From IMG/VR virus record IMGVR_UViG_3300017747_001923, positions 1-36,938 of that record: 36,938 bases of DNA. One strand, 5' to 3'. Shown here one piece after another: positions 1 through 7,567 of the stretch. The stretch's first letter is position 1; every line of letters begins with the position of its first letter. The notes below the pieces were generated by a model that did not search any database, was not told the DNA's origin, and was given only the letters and a program-made list of their open reading frames with translations. A program made the translations under genes and the position numbers. The stretch is from a virus (Duplodnaviria > Caudoviricetes).

Positions 1-123
1 CAAGTTTATAAACCTTTAGGACAACCTCGCGCACCAGGACAATACACATATCCAGGTGAATTGGCAATTAAAGCGGATGAATGGGCAACCGCTGCTGCTA
101 AAGGGTCACTCGATGCTGGAGAA
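1..123. repeat. Terminal direct repeat, left copy (identical to 36816-36938); probably assembly overlap of a circular or permuted genome
   Basis: CAAGTTTATAAACC...GATGCTGGAGAA occurs at both ends of the window, and the reading frame continues across the junction. Confidence 0.95.
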
Positions 124-1095
124 GCCGCACGACAAGCTAATGCCGCAGTAAAATCATTAACTGATGCTGGATTTAAGCCGCTTAAGACTGCCCCTTTAAT
201 TGAAAAAGTTGGCGCTATTGGTAAAAATACTGAGTTTGCCGCAAATGATGTTATGCAAGCTGCTGTAAGAAATTTACAAAATGATCTTGCACAATGGACA
301 AACGTACATGGAATTATTCCGGCCGCTGCTCTTGATGCTATTCGTAAAAACTCAGTTAATGCCGCGGTTCGTGATGTACTGAAAAATTCAGATCCTAGCA
401 CTCAGGCAAAAGCCGCTGCCTCTGCAATGATTCAAATTAAACCATTGTTAATTGATGCAATGGAAGAAGCAGGTGGTAAAGGTTATAGAGAATATCTTGA
501 AGCTTACACTAAAGGAGCGCAAAAAATCGCTGAAAGAAAATTATCAGGTCAAGCGTTGGAATTGTGGAAAAAAGATAAAGATGGATTTATTAATTTAGTA
601 GAAAATGAATCACCAGATGTAGTCGAGAAGTTCCTTGGGTCAGGTAAATACAATATTGCTATGGAACTAGCAGATAGCACTATGGAAGTTTTGCGAACCC
701 AAGCTAAAAAAGCCATGAATCAAATTGCCGCTAGTAAGCAGGCATCGGAAGGTAAAAAAGCCCTTGCTTCATTATTGGAGCAAAACACATCAATGATTCG
801 ACTTCCATCCTTTTTAACATTTTGGGTAACTGCTGCAAATAAAGGATTAGCGGAACTTGAAAGTAAAATTGGACGCGGTACTACAAAAATATTATCTGAA
901 GCAATGCAAAATCCTAATACTGCCGCAGATTTACTAAGTTCGTTATCAAAAACCGAACAACAACGAGTGTTGAAAATTATTACAGACCCCACAGTATTAT
1001 CACCCTCAAAACGTGCAATTACAACCGGAACAACAGCAGCAGCAGTCAATGCGTTGGCCCCAGATCGTAATGTTGAAAATGAATTTGCGCGATGA
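1..1095 (+). CDS. C-terminal part of a large putative DNA ejection/internal virion protein (begins at 35775, ~711 aa in total)
   Basis: Frame 1 is open from base 1 and in phase with the ORF starting at ATG 35775. The protein is Ala/Lys-rich and helical-looking, and it is the last gene of the structural operon. Confidence 0.75.
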   Translation, partial: QVYKPLGQPRAPGQYTYPGELAIKADEWATAAAKGSLDAGEAARQANAAVKSLTDAGFKPLKTAPLIEKVGAIGKNTEFAANDVMQAAVRNLQNDLAQWTNVHGIIPAAALDAIRKNSVNAAVRDVLKNSDPSTQAKAAASAMIQIKPLLIDAMEEAGGKGYREYLEAYTKGAQKIAERKLSGQALELWKKDKDGFINLVENESPDVVEKFLGSGKYNIAMELADSTMEVLRTQAKKAMNQIAASKQASEGKKALASLLEQNTSMIRLPSFLTFWVTAANKGLAELESKIGRGTTKILSEAMQNPNTAADLLSSLSKTEQQRVLKIITDPTVLSPSKRAITTGTTAAAVNALAPDRNVENEFAR

Positions 1096-1463
1096 ATAAA
1101 TTTATGACAAGGAAAATTATTATACCTTTGTTGTTTTTTTTCTGCGCTGATGTTTTAGCACATATAGATTCATTTACAGAATATAGATATTGCGGAGAAC
1201 CTCAGCGCGATAAAAACGGCAAGATTAAACGCAACACAAAAGTAATAAATAAATTTAAAGAGTTACACCCATGCCCGTCGAACGGAAGCACAAAAGGCGC
1301 GTGCGAAGGGTGGGCAATTGATCATGTAATACCGCTTGCGTGCGGCGGATGTGATGCAGTTTCAAACATGCAATGGCTACCAAACGAATTGAAATCAAGA
1401 GAAAAAACTGGAAAAGATAGGTTTGAGCGAGTAATATATCAAAAAGACATCAAATGTGAGTAA
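1092..1463 (+). CDS. HNH-family endonuclease-like protein with a hydrophobic, signal-peptide-like N-terminus
   Basis: Motif HPCP...C...IDHVIPLACGGCDAVSNMQWL; N-terminus RKIIIPLLFFFCADVLA; ATGA overlap with the upstream gene. Confidence 0.75.
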   Translation: MNKFMTRKIIIPLLFFFCADVLAHIDSFTEYRYCGEPQRDKNGKIKRNTKVINKFKELHPCPSNGSTKGACEGWAIDHVIPLACGGCDAVSNMQWLPNELKSREKTGKDRFERVIYQKDIKCE

Positions 1464-1899
1464 ATGTATGAAGGCAGCATTTTATAAGGGTAATTACCGA
1501 TTGTTTAACAAGCTAACGACATGGTGGGATAACGGTAAATATACTCACATGGAATTAGTATTCAGTGATCAAGTTGCCGCGTCGTCGAGCTTTATGGATG
1601 GCGGTGTACGCTTTAAATCTATCAAATTTGATGATTCTAGATGGGATTTTATCGAATTACCAGGAACATTATTTAGTGAACGCGATGCAAGAGTTTGGTT
1701 TGATGTTAATAAAGGTCGCAAATATGATTTTTCTGGGCTAATTAGATTTGTTGCAGACGCTTTGCCTGAAAATCGCACAAAGTTTTTTTGTAGCGAGGCG
1801 TGCCTGTCTGCGTTAAATATAAAAGAAGCTTGGAGGTTTACTCCGAATTCAGCATATATTCTTTTAAATTCAATTATTGAGGCTGCCGCCAATGTCTGA
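1456..1899 (+). CDS. Permuted papain-like (NlpC/P60, YiiX/YebB-like) hydrolase
   Basis: His-before-Cys motif order: YTHMELVF ... GRKYDFSG ... FFCSE ... FTP. Confidence 0.65.
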   Translation: MSKCMKAAFYKGNYRLFNKLTTWWDNGKYTHMELVFSDQVAASSSFMDGGVRFKSIKFDDSRWDFIELPGTLFSERDARVWFDVNKGRKYDFSGLIRFVADALPENRTKFFCSEACLSALNIKEAWRFTPNSAYILLNSIIEAAANV

Positions 1900-2233
1900 G
1901 CAAATATCTGATTATTTTGGAAAATTCTTTTTTTGGGGGTTGTGCGCTGTAATTACTGCTAGCGCAGGGCTGCAGTGGCAAACTTACAAAGAACAAACCT
2001 TAATGAAGCAAGAAATAACGCAAAGATTTGTTGAAATTGCTAATATTTATAAATCGCATGATGCGAGAATTGCGCGACTAGAATATGATTTAGCAGAGGC
2101 CAAGGGGCAAATGGTCGGCTGGGATACTTTAAAAAGAATAGAGTTACATTTAAGTTCTTTTCCAGCAGAAAAACGCGGCGCAGCACTTGCTAACGCATTA
2201 CGTGCAGAAGTTGAAACAAAGGCTAAGAAATGA
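1892..2233 (+). CDS. Single-TM membrane protein with coiled-coil (lysis-module accessory or holin-like)
   Basis: ATG at 1892 (MSEQISD); hydrophobic segment FFFWGLCAVITASAGL; lies directly upstream of the endolysin. Confidence 0.55.
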   Translation: MSEQISDYFGKFFFWGLCAVITASAGLQWQTYKEQTLMKQEITQRFVEIANIYKSHDARIARLEYDLAEAKGQMVGWDTLKRIELHLSSFPAEKRGAALANALRAEVETKAKK

Positions 2234-2748
2234 ATTTCGATGAGGCTTTTAAACTGGTTGTAGGGCATGAGGGTGGTTTTACTGACGATGCAAAAGACAC
2301 AGGAAACTGGACAAGTGGAAAAGTGGGCATTGGTAAATTAAACGGCACGAAATATGGAATAAGTGCCGCAGCGTATCCAAACATTGATATAAAAAACATT
2401 ACGCTTGATCACGCAAAAGAAATATATAAGCGCGACTACTGGTTAAAATATCATTGCGAGAAAGTTCCTTCCGATGCTCGTTTTAGCTACTTTGATGCAC
2501 TGGTAAATAGTGGCCCAGGAGGTAAAACACGTCAAGGCGCTGTTATTTGGCTTCAGAAAGCGCTTGGTGTTGACGCTGATGGAATCATAGGTAACAAGAC
2601 TATTGCGGCTTTAAATAGCGCAAACGGCGCAAAACTCGCAATGATGTTTAATGGTCATCGCTTAATGTTTTTGACACAATTAAACTCGTGGGGTGTTTAC
2701 GGAAAAGGTTGGGCTGCAAGGGTTGCTAAAAACTTGATAGGTGAATAA
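2230..2748 (+). CDS. Endolysin, glycoside hydrolase family 108 with C-terminal peptidoglycan-binding region
   Basis: GHEGGF..D..D.GNWT, GTKYGISAAAYP, IYKRDYW, FDALVNSG, LQKALGV.ADGIIG, YGKGW..R motifs. Confidence 0.9.
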   Translation: MNFDEAFKLVVGHEGGFTDDAKDTGNWTSGKVGIGKLNGTKYGISAAAYPNIDIKNITLDHAKEIYKRDYWLKYHCEKVPSDARFSYFDALVNSGPGGKTRQGAVIWLQKALGVDADGIIGNKTIAALNSANGAKLAMMFNGHRLMFLTQLNSWGVYGKGWAARVAKNLIGE

Positions 2749-3158
2749 TGAATCCTTTATTGTTGACTGGTGTATTAGGTGTCATTGATAAATTAATTCC
2801 TGATAATGAAAAGAAATCACAAGCACAAATTGAGATTTTAAAATTAACTCAAGAAAGCGAATCAAAGCAATTAGATGCCGCTGTTCAATTATCAAATAAT
2901 CAAACAGAAATAAACAAAATAGACGCTGCTAGCGAAAGTTTTTATAAATCAGGATGGAGGTCGTCATGTGGTTGGATATGTGCATTTGGTCTTTTTTACA
3001 ATTATATTTTTCAGCCTATCGCACCGTCGATTTTTCTAATATTAACAAACAAGATAGTAACGTTTCCGCAGATTGATGTTGAATCAATTTTGGCTTTGTT
3101 ACTACCTTTGTTAGGTTTGGCAAGCTTGCGAACATACGAAAAAGTTAAAAAAAGCTAA
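2748..3158 (+). CDS. Holin (3-TM, GTA-type holin family)
   Basis: IDKLIPD, EINKIDA.S..F..SGWR...GWIC, LLGL..LRTYEK signature; adjacent to the endolysin. Confidence 0.8.
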   Translation: MNPLLLTGVLGVIDKLIPDNEKKSQAQIEILKLTQESESKQLDAAVQLSNNQTEINKIDAASESFYKSGWRSSCGWICAFGLFYNYIFQPIAPSIFLILTNKIVTFPQIDVESILALLLPLLGLASLRTYEKVKKS

Positions 3159-3185
3159 AAAAGCTAAAAAAGTTTTTAAGGTTGA

Positions 3186-3758
3186 TTACATATCAACATG
3201 GCATTTGATGTTTGTTACATCTCCATAAAGATTTGTTACATCTCCATAAAGATTTGTTACATCTCCATAAAGATTTGTTACATATCCATAAAGATTTGTT
3301 GCATCTCCATAAAGATTTGTTACATATCCATAAAGATTTGTTACATCTCCTTCGATATCAGATACAAATCCTTTAATGCCAGATACATCTCCTTCAATGT
3401 TAGAAGCGTTGCCTCTGATATTAGAAACATCTCCCTTAATATTAGAGACATCACCCCAAAGATAAATAACAGTGCCTTTAATATTAGTGACATCACCATA
3501 AATGTAAGAAACATCACCTCTAATATTAGAAACATCTCCCTTAATGTTAGATACAAATCCTGTAATTCCTGATACATCTCCTCTAATATTAGAAACGTCT
3601 CCAAGAATATTAGTGACATTCATATTGATTAAATTTCCTGTAATGTTAGAAACGTCACCATGTATATTACTGACATCACCATAAAGGTTTGTTACATCTC
3701 CATAGATATTAGAAAAATCTCCTGTTATACCTTTATGAATCCCTGTAAGTTTTTTCAT
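3186..3758 (-). CDS. Heptapeptide-repeat protein (G-D-V-[ST]-N-[IL]-x)n, probable beta-solenoid
   Basis: About 25 tandem 7-aa units. The likely start is MKKLTG at 3758; the ORF track extends it to 3803. Confidence 0.7.
   Translation of the reverse strand: MKKLTGIHKGITGDFSNIYGDVTNLYGDVSNIHGDVSNITGNLINMNVTNILGDVSNIRGDVSGITGFVSNIKGDVSNIRGDVSYIYGDVTNIKGTVIYLWGDVSNIKGDVSNIRGNASNIEGDVSGIKGFVSDIEGDVTNLYGYVTNLYGDATNLYGYVTNLYGDVTNLYGDVTNLYGDVTNIKCHVDM
3211..3350. repeat. Near-perfect 21-bp tandem repeat (TTTGTTACATCTCCATAAAGA), 6 full copies plus a partial
   Basis: Units start at 3211, 3232, 3253, 3274, 3295, 3316 and 3337, with single substitutions. Confidence 0.95.
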
Positions 3759-3783
3759 AAGTTTTTGCACTTTCTTTAAAAAG

Positions 3784-4563
3784 TTAAAAAGAATTAAATA
3801 CAATACTTTCTAATACGTTGCTGATGTAACCTGTTATGTCTTCAGCGTATGTATATGTAATTGATAAAAACACTGTTAAAAATGCAAGCATTAATATGTT
3901 TAATGTAAGTTTTGCAAAACAATCAAAATCATGTTTTAATTTGCAATTTTTCATACTTGACCTATAAAATTCAATTTCGTTAACAACCATAGAGTAAAAA
4001 TGATCATGGTTGATCATTTTCCTTATACCTGCCAATGTCAGGTCTTTTGAGAATCTTTTTTGTGGAAAATCATCAAAAAATTTAACAACATAATTAGAAT
4101 TTTCATAGCGATTTAAAAGATGTTTGTATTCTTTTTCATTAACAGACGTTGACTTTTCGCCTATATCATAAACGTTTAATTCTTTGCATATTCCACCATG
4201 ATTTACGTATGTATTGCATTTATCGCATCCTAAAAAAGTGTAAACGTTAAATTGATTTTTTAACATTCTTGTTAACGTAAATCGATAATAATATTGCTCA
4301 AGAGTTCCTTCATTGCAATGCGGGCATTTTTTTATTGAAAGATTTGTTTTTTGTTCTAATTTTTTGTTTTGTAAAATCAAGTATGTTTCTTTTCTATTGC
4401 GTGCATAAAGAAATCCATCAATTTTGTTTCCTGAAAAAGAAAATTCGGCAATTGTTTCCATTTCTAACAGTTTTCTTTTAGAGTCTTCTAGTTCTTTAAT
4501 TGCTAAGACTCTTGCACTTGGTAATATATAAATACTTCTTAAAAAATCAATTATTTTGTTCAT
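3784..4563 (-). CDS. Hypothetical protein with CxxC...CxxC zinc-binding motif and C-terminal TM helix
   Basis: CPHC...CDKC; hydrophobic LTLNILMLAFLTVFLSITYTY; overlaps both neighbours. Confidence 0.65.
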   Translation of the reverse strand: MNKIIDFLRSIYILPSARVLAIKELEDSKRKLLEMETIAEFSFSGNKIDGFLYARNRKETYLILQNKKLEQKTNLSIKKCPHCNEGTLEQYYYRFTLTRMLKNQFNVYTFLGCDKCNTYVNHGGICKELNVYDIGEKSTSVNEKEYKHLLNRYENSNYVVKFFDDFPQKRFSKDLTLAGIRKMINHDHFYSMVVNEIEFYRSSMKNCKLKHDFDCFAKLTLNILMLAFLTVFLSITYTYAEDITGYISNVLESIVFNSF

Positions 4564-4801
4564 TTTTCACCTCTATTATCTTTTTTGCCCACTTCACAGC
4601 AATTTGGTTATAAAGATTCGGTTCACTTAATATTGTCGTTGCCCATGTTGTTCTATTATCATTTGGTATTATTTTTTTCTGATTCACGGATTCTTTTATA
4701 TTCGTATTAATTTTTTCATTTAATAAATATGGTCTGTTTTGTGTTATAGGGGTTTGTGAAAAATTGCAATTATTTAAATTAAACTTAAGCATTTTTTTCA
4801 A
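4547..4801 (-). CDS. Hypothetical protein
   Basis: 84-aa ORF overlapping both neighbours in the minus-strand operon. Confidence 0.55.
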   Translation of the reverse strand: MKKMLKFNLNNCNFSQTPITQNRPYLLNEKINTNIKESVNQKKIIPNDNRTTWATTILSEPNLYNQIAVKWAKKIIEVKNEQNN

Positions 4802-5186
4802 CCTTTGTTAGAAGAGCGTCCCAAGGAGTTGCTTTTTCAGTAAGAGTTTCTATAAACGATTTTGTCACGCGAAGTGATGAAGGATTAAAAGAAATAAGTC
4901 TTTTTTTACAATTTGATTCTTCTTCGTCTGGAACAAACTCTTCAACTTTTTTTAAAAAGTTTTTCCCTTTCTCCGTTAACGTATAAGATTTCATTTTTCT
5001 TTTTTTAATTTCGTCGATTTTTGATTCACATGTGAAAACAAAACCACTCTTCATTAGTCTTACTACTGTCTGCCTTACTGCGTGTAAACTAAGATTAACT
5101 TTATCTTTTAAATCAAAGATTGTATGTTTTTGTCTTAATTCGTCTAATATTATTTTAGTTACTGGTGATAATTTACTTATTCTCAT
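4785..5186 (-). CDS. Winged-helix DNA-binding protein (MarR/PadR-like)
   Basis: AVRQTVVRLMKSGFV...YTLTEKGK wing motif; AGAGGT Shine-Dalgarno upstream. Confidence 0.65.
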   Translation of the reverse strand: MRISKLSPVTKIILDELRQKHTIFDLKDKVNLSLHAVRQTVVRLMKSGFVFTCESKIDEIKKRKMKSYTLTEKGKNFLKKVEEFVPDEEESNCKKRLISFNPSSLRVTKSFIETLTEKATPWDALLTKVEKNA

Positions 5187-5249
5187 ATTTATTTACCTCT
5201 TTTATAGTTACGTTTACATTTAAAAATAATGTACTTCCGTGAAATAATT

Positions 5250-5324
5250 TCATTTAATGAAATTATTAGGGACAACAGCGCACCCTATGAAAGCACAAAA
5301 CACTAAAACTAAATTAATTAACAT
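5250..5324 (-). CDS. Possible 24-aa hydrophobic peptide (MLINLVLVFCAFIGCAVVPNNFIK)
   Basis: Read by eye; AAAGGA SD upstream; fills the gap between the MazG-like and wHTH genes. Confidence 0.3.
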   Translation of the reverse strand: MLINLVLVFCAFIGCAVVPNNFIK

Positions 5325-5363
5325 TTTGATCGTCCTTTCATCATTTAATGTAACACAATTGTA

Positions 5364-5669
5364 TCACACTTTTTTAACAAAAACACCTTCTTTTGTAAGA
5401 TAACCTTTACGATCTTTAATTTCAACATATGCACTTTTAAGACAAGACATTAAATCGAGATTCATTATCGTACACACCATAATCAATGTCACCATAATGT
5501 CACCAACGGCGTCTTTGATTTCATCAATGTTATTTTTGTTAATTGCGTCAAGTAGTTCTGTAGTTTCTTCAAGGGTTTTGATTGCTTGAGACATTGCTGT
5601 GGCGTTTTGCACAATACCACGAGCTTCACCCCATCGTATTATCTGCATTTCAAGTTCTGTGTAACTCAT
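5364..5669 (-). CDS. MazG-like nucleotide pyrophosphohydrolase
   Basis: W...RGI...Q..KTLEETTEL..AI...EIKDAVGDI.VTL...AY.EIKDRKG.....G.FVK signature; AGGAG SD. Confidence 0.85.
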   Translation of the reverse strand: MSYTELEMQIIRWGEARGIVQNATAMSQAIKTLEETTELLDAINKNNIDEIKDAVGDIMVTLIMVCTIMNLDLMSCLKSAYVEIKDRKGYLTKEGVFVKKV

Positions 5670-5671
5670 AT

Positions 5672-7078
5672 TTATACTCCTTTTGATTGACGGTATTGTT
5701 TAACTGCGTTTCGTAAACCTGATTGTGTTGTAGCTTTTTCATCAAGTGCTAATGCTTGAGCTTGATCTAACGTATTTTGCATTAATATACGATGACAAAT
5801 AACTGGCGCACCTTGGCCCTGACGACGTACACGGGCGTTAAACTGTTCATATAAATCCAATGACCAATTTAACCCGTACCATACAAGTATATGACCGTTT
5901 TTTTGAAGGCCGTCAATACCGTGACCCATTGATGCGGGGTGACCAATCATTAGTTGACAATCCCCAATCTTCCAACGGTGCATGGCGTTGGTTAAAGACG
6001 CTTCACTTTTACACTCGGTCAGATTGATTGGGCGTAATGTTTTAAATCGTTCCATGATTCGTTCAGCATCACTGCGATAAGCATAGGCGCATAAAATTGG
6101 CGAACCTTGCGCTTCGTCGATAATATCTTCCAATGTGTCAAGTTTCATGTCATGTACTGATTCCCATAACGGCATCCCTGCAACCGGATACATGGCTCCA
6201 TTTGAAAACTGAAGGCACTTATTAGTCAAGGCAGCTTGATTGAAAGCTTCAATTTCTTTACCACTGTCAAGTACAAGAAAAAACTCTTTCTCTAATCTAT
6301 CGTATTTTACCCGAAGATCATCCGGCATTTCGATTTCTACGTTATTCACGATCAGGTCGGGCAGTGGGTTGTAATCCTCGGCTGACATTTCTAATGTAAT
6401 ATCACCAATTAACTTTTTGATAGTATCTTCAGTATCCTCATAAGCGACTTCTTTATAAGGACCAACTTTTTTATAAAACCGTGTGCGAAAGGCTGTTTTA
6501 CTTGTACCTAAACGAACACCTCTATCCACAACCAAATATTGCCCATGAAGATCCTTGTACCCATTACTAGCAGGTGTACCAGTTAATCCAGTTGCCCAAT
6601 CAAAATGATTTTCAATCTTGCGGAATGATTTAACTCGATTAGTTGCTGAGTTTTTACATTTACTAATCTCATCCCAAACGACACCGTTGAAAGGCATTGG
6701 GCGATCTTTTTTAATAAAGTATGTTTGCAAGGTTTCAGCAAGCCACCCTAAGTTTTCATAATTTACAAGATAAATATCGGCAGGGCGCAGCAGGGCGCGG
6801 GTACGCTGATCTTTGGTACCGGCAATCATACTGAATCGTAAATGTTTAGTATGTTCCCACTTTGCCGCCTCTTGCCGCCAGACCAGCCGGATGACTCGGA
6901 TTGGGGCTACAATCACCACACCTCGCAGAAAACCGGTGTTAATCAGGTGCGCAAGGCTGGTAAGCGTGATGACGGTCTTACCTAGCCCCATGTCTAACCA
7001 CAACATTGAGTGTGGGTGAGTGCATTGAAAGTTAACCGCGTTTTTTTGATAATCATGGAGCAAGTCAGGTGTCAGCAT
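5672..7078 (-). CDS. SNF2-family helicase
   Basis: DMGLGKT (Walker A), WDEIS (motif II variant), LTGTP, HPASMGHGIDGLQ, QFNARVRRQGQ. Confidence 0.9.
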   Translation of the reverse strand: MLTPDLLHDYQKNAVNFQCTHPHSMLWLDMGLGKTVITLTSLAHLINTGFLRGVVIVAPIRVIRLVWRQEAAKWEHTKHLRFSMIAGTKDQRTRALLRPADIYLVNYENLGWLAETLQTYFIKKDRPMPFNGVVWDEISKCKNSATNRVKSFRKIENHFDWATGLTGTPASNGYKDLHGQYLVVDRGVRLGTSKTAFRTRFYKKVGPYKEVAYEDTEDTIKKLIGDITLEMSAEDYNPLPDLIVNNVEIEMPDDLRVKYDRLEKEFFLVLDSGKEIEAFNQAALTNKCLQFSNGAMYPVAGMPLWESVHDMKLDTLEDIIDEAQGSPILCAYAYRSDAERIMERFKTLRPINLTECKSEASLTNAMHRWKIGDCQLMIGHPASMGHGIDGLQKNGHILVWYGLNWSLDLYEQFNARVRRQGQGAPVICHRILMQNTLDQAQALALDEKATTQSGLRNAVKQYRQSKGV

Positions 7079-7356
7079 TTCATCACCATTATGTCAACCA
7101 TCGCTTTACCGTATTCTACGTTATCAATTACAAATACATTTACTTTTTGGGCGCGGAGCTTGGCGTGTTCGCGTTCCTGAGCGGGCGTGGGCTTCTGACC
7201 TTCGCGTTTGAACTCGCAAAACCACACACGACCATCCGGTGCAATAAACAAACGATCAGGAACCGCAGCACGAGCGGGACTAGTGAATTTATACACCAGA
7301 ACATTTTTAGTTTTGGCGTATTCGCAAACTTTTGATTCAATCTGTTTTTCCAGCAT
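7072..7356 (-). CDS. VRR-NUC domain nuclease
   Basis: EKQIE...KFTSP...VPDRL...FCEFK.....PT..Q; likely start MLEKQIE at 7356. Confidence 0.85.
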   Translation of the reverse strand: MLEKQIESKVCEYAKTKNVLVYKFTSPARAAVPDRLFIAPDGRVWFCEFKREGQKPTPAQEREHAKLRAQKVNVFVIDNVEYGKAMVDIMVMKC

Positions 7357-7567
7357 TTTTGTTTTCCAGTTCAATCAGCAATTCGATGTAGTGTTTGGCT
7401 TTTTCCAAATCAACAATGCCATTTTTATTGCGCCAGCGGCTAATGTACTTGATAACGTTTCCCTCAAAGTATCCAATCCCGTTAGCATGGATGTATTCAA
7501 CGGGTTGAATCAGCAGGTCTTTGTAATGATTTCCTGCCACCTGTTTATCTAAACTAGACCCAGACAT
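7337..7567 (-). CDS. DUF3310 (T7 gp1.7-like nucleotide kinase) protein
   Basis: QVAGNHY...IQPVEYI...GNVIKYISR...KNG..DLEKA..Y signature. Confidence 0.85.
   Translation of the reverse strand: MSGSSLDKQVAGNHYKDLLIQPVEYIHANGIGYFEGNVIKYISRWRNKNGIVDLEKAKHYIELLIELENKNAGKTD

Noticed and set aside
1-123. Terminal repeat as a biological T7-like direct terminal repeat
   Set aside because: It falls mid-gene and its length is typical of an assembler overlap, so circular assembly is the simpler explanation.
3149-3173. AAAAAAGCT short tandem repeat at the end of the holin gene
   Set aside because: Low-complexity slippage at a convergent gene junction; no convincing hairpin, so it was not called as a terminator.
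3198-3619. ORFs 3198..3572 (+) and 3341..3619 (-)
   Set aside because: They are alternative-frame shadows of the heptapeptide-repeat gene, open because of the repeat periodicity.
3211-3700. 21-bp repeats as a CRISPR array or DGR template/variable repeat
   Set aside because: The units are contiguous with no unique spacers and keep a coding frame. There is no cas operon or reverse transcriptase, and the variation is not adenine-specific.
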